Source: a virus (Duplodnaviria > Caudoviricetes). From it: 54,656 nucleotides of DNA. The notes below the pieces were generated by a model. That model ran no database searches. It had not been told where the DNA came from and saw only the letters and a program-made list of their open reading frames with translations. The stretch covers positions 1-54,656 of IMG/VR virus record IMGVR_UViG_3300021335_000022. One strand, 5' to 3'. This document shows, one piece after another, positions 37,579-47,268 of this stretch. Position 1 is the stretch's first letter. Every line of letters starts with the position of its first letter. A program made the position numbers and the translations under genes.

Positions 37579-38951
37579 TATAAGTCTGCCTTAGGTCTAA
37601 GCACAGTACTGAGACTCTGTCTTTGTGCTTCTCTGTTGTTATAAATTATTACTTCCCATTGACCTGTATATTTGACAGAGGATTGTACTCCGTTGACCAC
37701 AGGTAAATTAACAACAGCCTTGCCATTACCGTTGTCTGTTATTAAATCTGGATAGTCTGCTATTACAAAACCATCTTCAACAACTTTGTACTTAAGAACA
37801 AGATACAATCCTGTAATAGGGTAATTAATGTCTGTGCTGAATGAAGTATCACCTTCATAAAGATTTTTAAAATCACTAATAACTTTGTCGTTATAAGTAA
37901 ATTGTGTATTATTAATAAACGAAGTTTTCTGAGTCATTCTATCATTACTATTTGTCATTGTCATACGTACAGCGTCTTGTACTTTGACCCACCTAGTACC
38001 GTCATATCTAAACATACGTTTTGGTAAAAAGTCTGTACGTAAAAAGTAGTCTCCTGGATTAGCGCCATTTGGAAATTGAATTCCGTGACCAAATGATTCT
38101 CCATTTGGTGCGCCGTCATCTCCTAATAAGTATCCGTCATACCCTGGTTTAGGAGGATGAGTAGTAACTGTTTCTCCGCCTACTTTTTCTACTTCGACAT
38201 TGCCTTCAGTATCTGTATTGAGAGTATAATAGTGTCCTACATCATATCCACTTTTACCAGCATCTACTTCTGCTTGTTCTAACACTGCATTATTAATTTG
38301 CATTTCTTTTTCGTAAGTAGAAAGCATATTTCTAAGAGTATCACCGTTATCATTATCTGCGTCAGCAGGTAAATCAAGAATTTCTTTAAATTCTTGCGAG
38401 TCAACTATTTGTTTTAGTTTAAGTCTATATAAATGAGGATACCACGTAGGACTAAATCCTTCGCTTGCACGATTCACATCTTCTACAACATAAAAGCGTT
38501 TTAATGCTAATTTATAATCGTTAAGTGCGTATTCGTCTTTTTGGTGTGGAAGTTCAAGGACATCACCGCTCATAATTTTTCTACCAAGAGTTTTTACACT
38601 ACTATTGATAGGAATAGTCATAAACAACGTGTCGTTATCTAAAAACATACCAAATTGTGAAAGATTAAAGTCTACATCTTGCACATTATAAATGCCACGC
38701 ATTGTATAGATATTAGGATCGTATTTTCTATCTCTGTTTTCTAAAAATAACAAATCTTGAATATTTGTTTCTTTAACAGCGTCATAGCGAGGACGATCAG
38801 CTGTAGCATCTACCTCATCTGGATTTTCTGGGCCTAGGTACTTGTGAACATTGATGTCAGTGCCACCAATAGTAAACATTTCTGTGATCTGTCGATCTAA
38901 AAATGTGTAGTCCTTACCCTTTTCTGGTTTGTATAAACTTAATCTTGGCAT
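37578..38951 (-). CDS. gp14: Neck / head-closure protein, gp14-like
   Basis: DLLFLE, LSQFG.F, GD...LP, .Y.L.L pattern; position between gp13-like and gp15-like genes. Start at MPRL (38951) preferred. Confidence 0.6.
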   Translation of the reverse strand: MPRLSLYKPEKGKDYTFLDRQITEMFTIGGTDINVHKYLGPENPDEVDATADRPRYDAVKETNIQDLLFLENRDRKYDPNIYTMRGIYNVQDVDFNLSQFGMFLDNDTLFMTIPINSSVKTLGRKIMSGDVLELPHQKDEYALNDYKLALKRFYVVEDVNRASEGFSPTWYPHLYRLKLKQIVDSQEFKEILDLPADADNDNGDTLRNMLSTYEKEMQINNAVLEQAEVDAGKSGYDVGHYYTLNTDTEGNVEVEKVGGETVTTHPPKPGYDGYLLGDDGAPNGESFGHGIQFPNGANPGDYFLRTDFLPKRMFRYDGTRWVKVQDAVRMTMTNSNDRMTQKTSFINNTQFTYNDKVISDFKNLYEGDTSFSTDINYPITGLYLVLKYKVVEDGFVIADYPDLITDNGNGKAVVNLPVVNGVQSSVKYTGQWEVIIYNNREAQRQSLSTVLRPKADL

Positions 38952-38956
38952 ATACA

Positions 38957-38973
38957 TATTTATTCGATAAATA
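38957..38973. promoter_or_regulatory. Back-to-back divergent late promoters (TATTTAT-TCG-ATAAATA)
   Basis: Inverted repeat giving ATAAATA on both strands in the 40-nt gap between the divergent neck genes. Confidence 0.7.
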
Positions 38974-38991
38974 CTTTACAGAGGAATTCAT

Positions 38992-39747
38992 ATGTCATTA
39001 GCTACACAGAAACAAGAAATATTTGATTACGTAAACGCAATGCTCGGTGGAGGTATGATTGATGTTGAGTTAGACCCAGTTCATTACGAAACTGCTCTAG
39101 CAAAAGCATTATCTCGCTTCAGACAAAGGAGCGATAATGCAGTAGAAGAATCATATATGTTTATGCCCACAGTACTTGATCAAAATACTTACACATTGCC
39201 AAAAGAAGTGGTAGAAGTTCGTCAAATCTTTAGACGTTCAATTGGCTCGCGTAGCGGCGGCGGCGATGGCGGAACATTGTTTGAGCCGTTTAATATGGCA
39301 TATACAAATACCTATATGATGGCAAGTAGTAATTTAGGTGGTTTAGCAACATATGATTTCTTTAGCCAATATCAAGAATTAGTAGGACGTATGTTTGGTT
39401 CGTTTATAGAATTTAAATGGAATACTACAAGCAAGCAACTTACAATTCTTCAACGCCCGCGAGCAGAAGAAAACCTAATGTTGTACGTTTATAACTATCG
39501 TCCTGATAGTGAATTACTATCAGACTATCTAGTGGTACAGTGGATTAAAGATTATACACTTGCTAGTTGTAAGTATATGCTAGGCGAAGCACGTTCAAAG
39601 TTTGCTACTATTGCTGGACCACAAGGCGGGTCAACTCTTAATGGAGATGCATTAAAGGCAGAAGCTCAACAAGAGATGGAAAAACTTGAACAAGAAGTTA
39701 TTCAACAGGTAGCAGGCGGTGTAGGCTACGGCTTTACTATCGGTTAA
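38992..39747 (+). CDS. gp13: Neck protein, gp13-like
   Basis: LG...IDVEL, W.KDY..A..K...G..R.KF, P.G..LNG; GAGG SD. Confidence 0.82.
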   Translation: MSLATQKQEIFDYVNAMLGGGMIDVELDPVHYETALAKALSRFRQRSDNAVEESYMFMPTVLDQNTYTLPKEVVEVRQIFRRSIGSRSGGGDGGTLFEPFNMAYTNTYMMASSNLGGLATYDFFSQYQELVGRMFGSFIEFKWNTTSKQLTILQRPRAEENLMLYVYNYRPDSELLSDYLVVQWIKDYTLASCKYMLGEARSKFATIAGPQGGSTLNGDALKAEAQQEMEKLEQEVIQQVAGGVGYGFTIG

Positions 39748-39784
39748 TGTTAACGCTATAATCTAAACATACTGTAAATACAGT

Positions 39785-40009
39785 ATGACATATTTTCAAC
39801 ACAAAGAAGCAAATCGTTTGTACTGGATGGTCAAAGGACAACTTATCCCAGAATCTTGGCAAGAAAAAGATATTATGGCAACATATGAGTCATATATAAA
39901 AAGACTTTGGGGTAATTGTGAGAGAGCTGAATACAGCCTTCTCGGCTTTGATGCTGCCTGGGCAAGGCGACAAGCCAAAAACAGTAAAAAATACTTGACA
40001 AACACATAA
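39785..40009 (+). CDS. Hypothetical protein (74 aa)
   Basis: ORF directly preceded by TAAATA-CAGT-ATG; fills the gap between genes. Confidence 0.65.
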   Translation: MTYFQHKEANRLYWMVKGQLIPESWQEKDIMATYESYIKRLWGNCERAEYSLLGFDAAWARRQAKNSKKYLTNT

Positions 40010-40023
40010 ATCTTCTATATACT
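39995..40023 (+). promoter_or_regulatory. Sigma70-type promoter
   Basis: TTGACA-N17-TATACT upstream of the dNMP kinase. Confidence 0.75.
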
Positions 40024-40049
40024 ATAGAGTATATTGTAAAGGATATTTT

Positions 40050-40610
40050 ATGTTACCTAAGTTATTAGTTGTTGGCCACGGCAGACACGGTAAAGATACA
40101 GTCTGTGAAATGTTAGAAGTATATGGGTATAAGTTTCAATCATCGTCTAAATTCTGTTCTGAACTCTTTATCTACAATGATCTAAAAGACAAGTACGGAT
40201 ATAAAAATGAGGATGAATGTTATACCGATAGACATAATCATCGTGCTGAATGGTATGATATGATTCATAATTATTGTAGCAACGATCTGGCAAGACTAGG
40301 ACGTAATCTATTTGCAGAACACGACATTTATTGTGGTCTACGTAATAGGCGTGAATTTTTTGCAATGAAAAATGAAGAGCTTTTTGATTATGCTATTTGG
40401 GTAGATCGTTCCGATCATTTACCTGCAGAAGATAGTACATCAATGAGTATCGAACAATGGATGTGTGATTATACATTAGACAATAATGCATCATTAGATA
40501 GATTAGAAAGAAACGTAGAAATCTTAATACGTACTATTTTTAAAAATCAGGGACTAAGTCTCCCTGCTTCCACGTTACTCCATTCTTTTGAAGAATACGC
40601 TGACAGTTAG
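40050..40610 (+). CDS. Deoxynucleoside monophosphate kinase-like P-loop protein
   Basis: VVGHGRHGKDT P-loop; R..E, IWVDR, D..LDNN..L..L. Confidence 0.7.
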   Translation: MLPKLLVVGHGRHGKDTVCEMLEVYGYKFQSSSKFCSELFIYNDLKDKYGYKNEDECYTDRHNHRAEWYDMIHNYCSNDLARLGRNLFAEHDIYCGLRNRREFFAMKNEELFDYAIWVDRSDHLPAEDSTSMSIEQWMCDYTLDNNASLDRLERNVEILIRTIFKNQGLSLPASTLLHSFEEYADS

Positions 40611-40875
40611 CACAAATTGTTTTTAAGTTACTAGGACGGCAATTATCAAGATTGCCATCTATATGAAATACATTAAACTGTTCTTCGTGTTTGCTATGAT
40701 ATCCGCACTTCTCACAAGTATCTAGCTTTTCGTAACCACGTTGCTTCCACTTCGGTATTCCGTGCCCTACACCATTTCGCAAACAAGTTTCACACAGCCT
40801 ACGATAGTATGTTCTTTTTCCTTTTTTATAGTTTATAGCAGCAGGACGTTGTCCGCACTTACATAACGGTCTCAT
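40540..40875 (-). CDS. Zn-finger / HNH-like protein
   Basis: CxC, CxxC, CxxC, then FHIDGN..N....NL...CANC. Confidence 0.75.
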   Translation of the reverse strand: MRPLCKCGQRPAAINYKKGKRTYYRRLCETCLRNGVGHGIPKWKQRGYEKLDTCEKCGYHSKHEEQFNVFHIDGNLDNCRPSNLKTICANCQRILQKNGVTWKQGDLVPDF

Positions 40876-40943
40876 ACTGTATTTAGCTCACCTTTTTGAC
40901 CCCTTTTTCAGGGTGTTTAACGCACCGTTTTTATTACAAGCTG

Positions 40944-40950
40944 CTAAATA
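40944..40950 (+). promoter_or_regulatory. Late promoter-like CTAAATA upstream of the tail sheath gene
   Basis: The same TAAATA core recurs upstream of structural genes (4214, 12143, 44393, 45126, 47238, 47763, 49124, 50716). Confidence 0.6.
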
Positions 40951-40991
40951 CAAGTAGCAAAACTACGATTCGTAATAACAGGAGAACGATA

Positions 40992-43900
40992 ATGGCATTA
41001 ACATCCCCAGGAGTAGAAGTCAAAGTAATTGACGAAAGTTTCTACACTCCGGCAGAGCCTGGCACAACACCGATGATCTTTGTTGCTTCTGCGTCCAACA
41101 AGCTAAATGCTAGTGGAACAGGAACAGCACAAGGTACGCTCAAGGCAAACGCTGGTAAACCATACTTATTAACATCACAACGTGATCTAGCAGATACGTT
41201 TGGTGATCCGTTGTTTTATACAGATAACAACAATAACCCAATTCACGCTGGCGAGCTTAACGAATATGGATTGCAAGCAGCATATTCATATTTAGGTGTT
41301 TCAAACAGAGCGTGGGTTGTTAGAGCAGATATTGACTTAGCAGAAATCCAGCCTAGCTCAGATGCACCGGCATCAACTCCAGCAGCTGGCACATATTGGC
41401 TAGACACACAAACATCACAATTTGGTATTCAAGAATGGAATGGCGCAGGTGCTACAACAACTGGCGGTCAAACATTTACAAGCAAAACACCGATTGTAAT
41501 TACAGATTCGACAAAATTAACAGACGGAAGTTCAGTAGTTAACGGAACAACTGGTAAAATGCCAAAAGCAACTGTCGGTGCAATTGGCGACTATGCAGTT
41601 GTATTTGGATCAACTATTGCTAGAATGTTCTATAGAAATGCTACAGGTACTTGGGTATTAGTAGGATCAGAAGCTTGGACAAAGAGTTGGGCAACAGTAC
41701 GTGGCAACAAGTCTAACCCATCTTTTTCACAGTCATCTACAACATTTACAATTAACGGAACAACAGTTACAGTAACAAGTTCTAATACAATTGGCGAAGT
41801 TGCAACAAATATTGTTTCACTATTTCCATTAGGAAATATTAGTGCAGCAGCAGTAGACGGACGTTTAGAAATTTACAGCGATGGTACAGACAGTGCTGAA
41901 CAGGATTCTTCAGCAGTAGGTTCTCTAGAAATTAGCGGTGATTCAACACTACTAGGCGAACTTGGTATTGCATCAGGTACTTACTATCCACCAGAACTAC
42001 ATATTGACAAGCATACTAGAGTTCCTGCATTTAAAGCAAGTGATTCTTATCCACGTCCAACAGGGTCTGTATGGATTAAAACAACTGAGCCTGGAAATGG
42101 CGCACGTTGGAGAATGAAAGTATTTAACGATGCTACTAAAATTTGGGACGCAGTAGACGCTCCGATTTATGCATCAAACGAAGAAGCATTATATTGGTTA
42201 GATAAATTAGGCGGCGGCGAAAATATTGCAGCTGGTGATGTTTATGTACAGTCTAATGTAGCAGGCGATTCACAAAAACTAGCAACTTTTAAAGTATTCA
42301 GACGTAATGCAGTTGCACCAACAACAATTATTGGAGCAGCTATTGGATCAAATGGTATTACAGCAGATACATATAACTTAGGTATCCAAGCAACAGCACC
42401 TAACTCTAATGCACTAAGCACTATTACTGTTATTGAATTTACAACAACAGGTGCAGCAACTGATGCAGATGTAATTGCAGAAGCTATTACAAATGCAGGT
42501 GTAGCCCACGTTAATGCAGAAGTTACTACAGGAAACAAAATTGTAATTACACACGCAAAAGGCGGAGATGTTAAATTAACTGACGACGGTTCAACACCAG
42601 TGTTAGGTAATGCAGGCTTTGCACATTTTGCAAATGTAAACAACGGAACACCAAACCTATACTACGAGCCAGGAACAGATGGCGACACTGCTCCACTACA
42701 ACTTCGTGGTACATTATGGAAGGCAACAATTAACTCTTCAGGTACAGAAGTAGCATTTTATACTGCATCTGATGATGAAGTTACAGCACTAACAACTGAT
42801 GGTGCATTATGGTATAATTCAATTGTTGACGAAGTTGACATTATGATTCATAATGGTGACACTTGGGTTGGTTATCATAACTACAGTGCAGAATATGCTG
42901 ATTGTGATCCTAACGGACCGATTGTAAGTGCAAGCACACCATTACTACAAAGTGACGGTACAGCTCTTGTAAATGGTGATTTATGGATTAGCACAGCTGA
43001 TTTAGAAAATTATCCATTAATTTATCGCTACAATGCAGACCTACAAAACACACCAATTGCAAATCGTTGGATTCTACTAGATAAAGCAGATCAAACAAGT
43101 GAAAATGGTGTACTATTTGGAGATGCACGTTACAACACAGCAGGTGCAAATAGCGATGTAGCAGGTGATATTGATGTATTACTAACTTCAAATTACTTAG
43201 ATCCAGATGCACCAGATCCAGCACTATATCCAAAAGGTATGCTGCTTTGGAATTTAAGACGTTCTGGCTTTAATGTTAAGAAGTTTGTACGCAACTACAT
43301 TGATATTAACAGTGACAACGAACGTTTAAATGACGAAGCAATGGGTTCTTACTATCCACATAGATGGGTAACAGAGTCAGGTAACCAAGGTGATGGTTCA
43401 GGTAGCTTCGGACGTATGGCACAGCGTAAGGTAGTTGTACAAGCGTTACAAGCTATGTTAAACAGCAACGATGATATTAGAGACGACGAATCAAGAATCT
43501 TTAACTTGATGGCAACTCCAGGATATCCAGAGCTAATTGGTGAAATGATTACACTAAACTATGACAGAGGACTAAGTGCATTTGTTATTGGTGATACACC
43601 AGCTAGATTAAAATCAGATGCAACATCACTAAACAACTGGGCAACAAACCAGGCACTAGCACCAGAGGACAACGACGATGGCTTAACTAGCCGCGATGAG
43701 TACTTTGGTATCTTTTATCCTTGGGGCTTCACAAGTGACAATGCAGGAAATAACGTAGTTGTTCCGCCAAGTCATATGATGCTACGCACAGTTGCACTAA
43801 GTGATCAAGTTAGCTATCCTTGGTTTGCACCAGCAGGCACAAGACGTGGTGGTATTACTAATGCAACAGCAACAGGGTTTGTAGATGCAGAAGGTGAATT

Positions 43901-44351
43901 TGTAACAGTAGCGTTGAACGAAGGTCAACGTGATACATTATACGCACAAGCAATTAACCCAATTACATTCATTAGTGGTGCAGGACTTGTAAACTACGGT
44001 CAAAAGACTCGTGCAAGAGGTTCAAGCGCATTAGACAGAATCAACGTAGCACGTTTGGTAATTTACCTACGCAGCCAGTTGAATCAACTTGCTAAGCCTT
44101 ACATCTTTGAACCAAATGATAAGATTACACGCGATGAGATCAAACAAGCAGCAGAGAGCTTAATGCTCGAGCTTGTAGGTCAAAGAGCATTATACGACTT
44201 CTTAGTAGTATGTGATGAATCAAACAATACTCCAAGCAGAGTTGATAGAAATGAACTATACTTAGACATTGCTATTGAACCTGTTAAAGCAGTTGAGTTT
44301 ATTTACATTCCACTAAGACTTAAAAACACTGGAGAAATAGCAGGGTTATAA
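40992..44351 (+). CDS. gp18: Tail sheath protein (1119 aa)
   Basis: MAL.SPGVEV..ID.S, YPWFAPAG..RG, RD.LY...INPI, GQKT, DRINV.RL, FEPND, CDESNNTP, P.KA.EFI. Start at 40992 with AGGAG SD. Confidence 0.95.
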   Translation: MALTSPGVEVKVIDESFYTPAEPGTTPMIFVASASNKLNASGTGTAQGTLKANAGKPYLLTSQRDLADTFGDPLFYTDNNNNPIHAGELNEYGLQAAYSYLGVSNRAWVVRADIDLAEIQPSSDAPASTPAAGTYWLDTQTSQFGIQEWNGAGATTTGGQTFTSKTPIVITDSTKLTDGSSVVNGTTGKMPKATVGAIGDYAVVFGSTIARMFYRNATGTWVLVGSEAWTKSWATVRGNKSNPSFSQSSTTFTINGTTVTVTSSNTIGEVATNIVSLFPLGNISAAAVDGRLEIYSDGTDSAEQDSSAVGSLEISGDSTLLGELGIASGTYYPPELHIDKHTRVPAFKASDSYPRPTGSVWIKTTEPGNGARWRMKVFNDATKIWDAVDAPIYASNEEALYWLDKLGGGENIAAGDVYVQSNVAGDSQKLATFKVFRRNAVAPTTIIGAAIGSNGITADTYNLGIQATAPNSNALSTITVIEFTTTGAATDADVIAEAITNAGVAHVNAEVTTGNKIVITHAKGGDVKLTDDGSTPVLGNAGFAHFANVNNGTPNLYYEPGTDGDTAPLQLRGTLWKATINSSGTEVAFYTASDDEVTALTTDGALWYNSIVDEVDIMIHNGDTWVGYHNYSAEYADCDPNGPIVSASTPLLQSDGTALVNGDLWISTADLENYPLIYRYNADLQNTPIANRWILLDKADQTSENGVLFGDARYNTAGANSDVAGDIDVLLTSNYLDPDAPDPALYPKGMLLWNLRRSGFNVKKFVRNYIDINSDNERLNDEAMGSYYPHRWVTESGNQGDGSGSFGRMAQRKVVVQALQAMLNSNDDIRDDESRIFNLMATPGYPELIGEMITLNYDRGLSAFVIGDTPARLKSDATSLNNWATNQALAPEDNDDGLTSRDEYFGIFYPWGFTSDNAGNNVVVPPSHMMLRTVALSDQVSYPWFAPAGTRRGGITNATATGFVDAEGEFVTVALNEGQRDTLYAQAINPITFISGAGLVNYGQKTRARGSSALDRINVARLVIYLRSQLNQLAKPYIFEPNDKITRDEIKQAAESLMLELVGQRALYDFLVVCDESNNTPSRVDRNELYLDIAIEPVKAVEFIYIPLRLKNTGEIAGL

Positions 44352-44360
44352 GGCATTAAA

Positions 44361-44386
44361 TTAGGCCCCTGAAATATGGGGTCTAA
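44361..44386 (+). terminator. Hairpin between the sheath and tube genes
   Basis: TTAGGCCCC / GGGGTCTAA stem with one G.U pair; weak U tract. Confidence 0.45.
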
Positions 44387-44419
44387 ATTTGCTAAATACT
44401 TGTAACAGGAGAACATAGA

Positions 44420-45046
44420 ATGGCAATTTCAACACTATCAAAAATTACAGTTCCACTAGCGACAGGTGACTCAGCTGCAAGCCAAGGCTTGTTAATGCCA
44501 AAGCTACAGTACCGTTTCCGTGTAACACTAGAGAACTTTGGTGTATCAACACCAACAACAGAATTGACAAAACAAGTTGTTGACGTAACTCGTCCAACAG
44601 TAAGTTTTGAAGAAATGACAATAGATGTTTATAACTCACGTGCTTACCTAGCTGGTAAACACGCTTGGGAAGCAATTACTCTTAACTTAAGAGAAGACGT
44701 AAACAACAACGTTCAGAAATTAGTCGGCGAACAGCTACAGAAGCAGTTCGACTTCTACGAACAGTCAAGCGCAGCATCAGGACAAGATTACAAATTCACA
44801 ACACGTATTGAGATCCTAGATGGTGGTAACGGTGCTAACACACCAAACATATTAGAAACATTCGAACTATACGGTTGTTTCGTACAAAACGCAGCATACA
44901 ATCAACTTGCATACAGTGCAAACGAGCCTGTAACAGTAACACTTGCTATACGTTACGATAATGCTATCCAAACACCAGAAGGTACTGGTATTGGTACAGC
45001 AGTTGGACGTACAACAAATACGCTAGTTACTGGTGGCGGCGTTTAA
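44420..45046 (+). CDS. gp19: Tail tube protein
   Basis: Follows the sheath; RFRV, Y.AGK..W..I...L, .F.L.GCF, L.Y, V.VT..YD. Confidence 0.85.
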   Translation: MAISTLSKITVPLATGDSAASQGLLMPKLQYRFRVTLENFGVSTPTTELTKQVVDVTRPTVSFEEMTIDVYNSRAYLAGKHAWEAITLNLREDVNNNVQKLVGEQLQKQFDFYEQSSAASGQDYKFTTRIEILDGGNGANTPNILETFELYGCFVQNAAYNQLAYSANEPVTVTLAIRYDNAIQTPEGTGIGTAVGRTTNTLVTGGGV

Positions 45047-45069
45047 TACAACTCTTTAAGCCATTCGTT

Positions 45070-45098
45070 AAAAAGGGAGCCACTGAGCTCCCTTTTTT
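45070..45098. terminator. Intrinsic terminator
   Basis: AAAAAGGGAGC-CACTGA-GCTCCCTTTTTT. Confidence 0.85.
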
Positions 45099-45136
45099 AT
45101 TATATACTCACTTAATTTCTAAAGATAAATATTAGT

Positions 45137-46417
45137 ATGGCAAAGTTCACAGGTTTTTTAGATAACGTAGCAAATGGTATATTAAGTCCAAAAGGCAATA
45201 TGGCTGATTGGCAACACGCCTCTCGACTATATGTTACAGATACACAGAAACACGCACCTAAGGTTTCTTTCCTTTATCACGTAACATTTTATCTTACTGA
45301 ACAAGCAAAGGCAATTATACCTGAAGTTGATCAGTATAAACACGAAATTGGAATGCTTGTAAAACAAGCAGACTTACCTAAGTTTACTGCACAAGTTGAA
45401 GTAAAAAACAAATATAACAGAAAAAAGAATGTTCAGTCAAGACTAGACTATTCTCCAATCAATATTACATTCCACGATGACAATTATGGTGCTACTACAG
45501 CACTTATGGAGGCGTATAATAGATATTATTTTGCAGACATAAATCATTCTCTAAACGACGGTGCATATGGTAATAGACGTACTGGCGATACACTATATGA
45601 CGGCCCAGGAACAAATACATTTAAATTTGGTATGGACAATAATATACCAAATGTTCCATTTTTTGATAGAATAGAAATTGCACAAATGGCTCGTAAGAGC
45701 TATACAAAGTATACCCTAGTAAACCCGATTGTTACTGGTTGGGAACACGATAATGTAAACAATTCAGATAGTAATCCTTTAGAAAATAGAATGACTATCC
45801 AATATGATACTGTGTTCTATGACAGGGGTCACGTAGATGCAGGTGAAAACGGAGATCCAGCTGGATTTGGTAAATCCGATCATTATGATAGAACACCAAG
45901 TCCTATTACACCATTAGGTGGCGGACAACTAGGAATAGATGGTATTTTTGGAACAGGTTTAGACTTATACGAATATATCACACAAGGTAAGAATTTTAGT
46001 AATCCACTAGAAGCAGGAATTGCAGCAGTTAATTTGTTCCGTAGTGTTAGAGACAACGGAACCGATGGCCTTAGAGAAGGCGGATTTAGATTACTTACTG
46101 ATGTAATTGGCGGCGCAGCAGGAATTGACGTATCAGGTGTTTCTCAAACATTCTTTCCAAAAAGTCAAGGAAGGGGCGGAGATGCAGGATCATTACTTGT
46201 TGCTACAGCAGCGGTAGCAGGACTAACTTCTGTTGTTAGAAATTCAAATACATCAACATCAAGCAGCACCGGAGATACAAGTCCGCAAACAATTGATGAT
46301 TTAAGATTTCAAAACTTTCAAAAACAATATCAAGCCAACGGAGGGACTGGCGGAATAAACGGAGCAAGAGTAAGTTTTGATGCATTGTCAGATGCAGCAA
46401 AAACCACATTCGATTAA
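45137..46417 (+). CDS. Tube-fold baseplate / tail-tube initiator-like protein
   Basis: VK.ADLP.F, Y.PINITFHDD, Y.L.NP, M.IQYD tube-like pattern; follows the tube gene. Confidence 0.55.
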   Translation: MAKFTGFLDNVANGILSPKGNMADWQHASRLYVTDTQKHAPKVSFLYHVTFYLTEQAKAIIPEVDQYKHEIGMLVKQADLPKFTAQVEVKNKYNRKKNVQSRLDYSPINITFHDDNYGATTALMEAYNRYYFADINHSLNDGAYGNRRTGDTLYDGPGTNTFKFGMDNNIPNVPFFDRIEIAQMARKSYTKYTLVNPIVTGWEHDNVNNSDSNPLENRMTIQYDTVFYDRGHVDAGENGDPAGFGKSDHYDRTPSPITPLGGGQLGIDGIFGTGLDLYEYITQGKNFSNPLEAGIAAVNLFRSVRDNGTDGLREGGFRLLTDVIGGAAGIDVSGVSQTFFPKSQGRGGDAGSLLVATAAVAGLTSVVRNSNTSTSSSTGDTSPQTIDDLRFQNFQKQYQANGGTGGINGARVSFDALSDAAKTTFD

Positions 46418-46429
46418 TAAGGAATTAAA

Positions 46430-46798
46430 ATGTCAAGTTTACCAAAAGAAGCCCCAGATAATTATAGCGACAAAGGAGTAACTAAATTCTTTGATAACTA
46501 CTTTTCAAAAGAATTAAGTTTTCCATCTAATCAAGTAGATGCTGTTGTAACCTTTTTTACAAAAAGAGGCTTTGATAAAACATCAGCAATTAGTGTTGCA
46601 ACTACATTACTTCAGCAGGCAAAGATCGATAATGTAAAAATATTTCAGCTACTAGATACATTAACAGGATTAAATGAAATTCAATTAAGTTCAATTGTTA
46701 CAGAAGTATTAAACTATAATAGGCCAAAAACAAGTACATTAGGATTTAAACGAACCGAGTCAGCTGATAAGATTGAAAAAAGAAATATAGTAGCGTAA
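46430..46798 (+). CDS. Hypothetical protein
   Basis: 122 aa, AAGGA SD, inside the structural operon. Confidence 0.7.
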   Translation: MSSLPKEAPDNYSDKGVTKFFDNYFSKELSFPSNQVDAVVTFFTKRGFDKTSAISVATTLLQQAKIDNVKIFQLLDTLTGLNEIQLSSIVTEVLNYNRPKTSTLGFKRTESADKIEKRNIVA

Positions 46799-46799
46799 G

Positions 46800-47240
46800 A
46801 TGGCTAGGTTTGCCCAAGGAAAGTTTACACCTAAGTTTCCTGAAAAATACATAGGAACACGCACTCCAACTTACAGAAGTAGTTGGGAATTCCACTTTAT
46901 GAAATTTTGTGACGAACATCCTAGTGTAGAAAAATGGGCAAGTGAAAGTATTCGTATTCCTTATAAGAATCCATTAACTGGCAAGCACACAATTTATGTT
47001 CCAGATTTTTTTATTTCATATACTGACAAGTCGAAGGGTAAAAGGGTCGAACTTATAGAAGTAAAACCAGCAAATCAAACAATTAGAGAAAAAGTCGGTA
47101 AATCAAGAGTAAATCAAGCAAGTTATATTGTAAATCAAGCAAAGTGGGCAGCAGCATATGCATTTTGTAAACAAAAAGGTATCATATTTAGAATAATTAC
47201 TGAAAATGATATTTTTCATCAAGGAGGCAAAAGACGCTAA
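46800..47240 (+). CDS. gp4: Head completion nuclease (TnsA-like)
   Basis: G.F.P..P.KY.G, YRSSWE..FM..CD, W.SE...IPY, Y.PDF, IEVKP, N.AKW.AA, F.I.TE. Confidence 0.9.
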   Translation: MARFAQGKFTPKFPEKYIGTRTPTYRSSWEFHFMKFCDEHPSVEKWASESIRIPYKNPLTGKHTIYVPDFFISYTDKSKGKRVELIEVKPANQTIREKVGKSRVNQASYIVNQAKWAAAYAFCKQKGIIFRIITENDIFHQGGKRR

Positions 47241-47268
47241 ATAATAGTAGCATTTAATGGTATAAACA

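Noticed and set aside
40896-40991. Upstream non-ATG extensions in the ORF track (40896; also 29648, 31470, 35687, 50712)
   Set aside because: Downstream ATGs fit SD or promoter spacing and the family N-termini better
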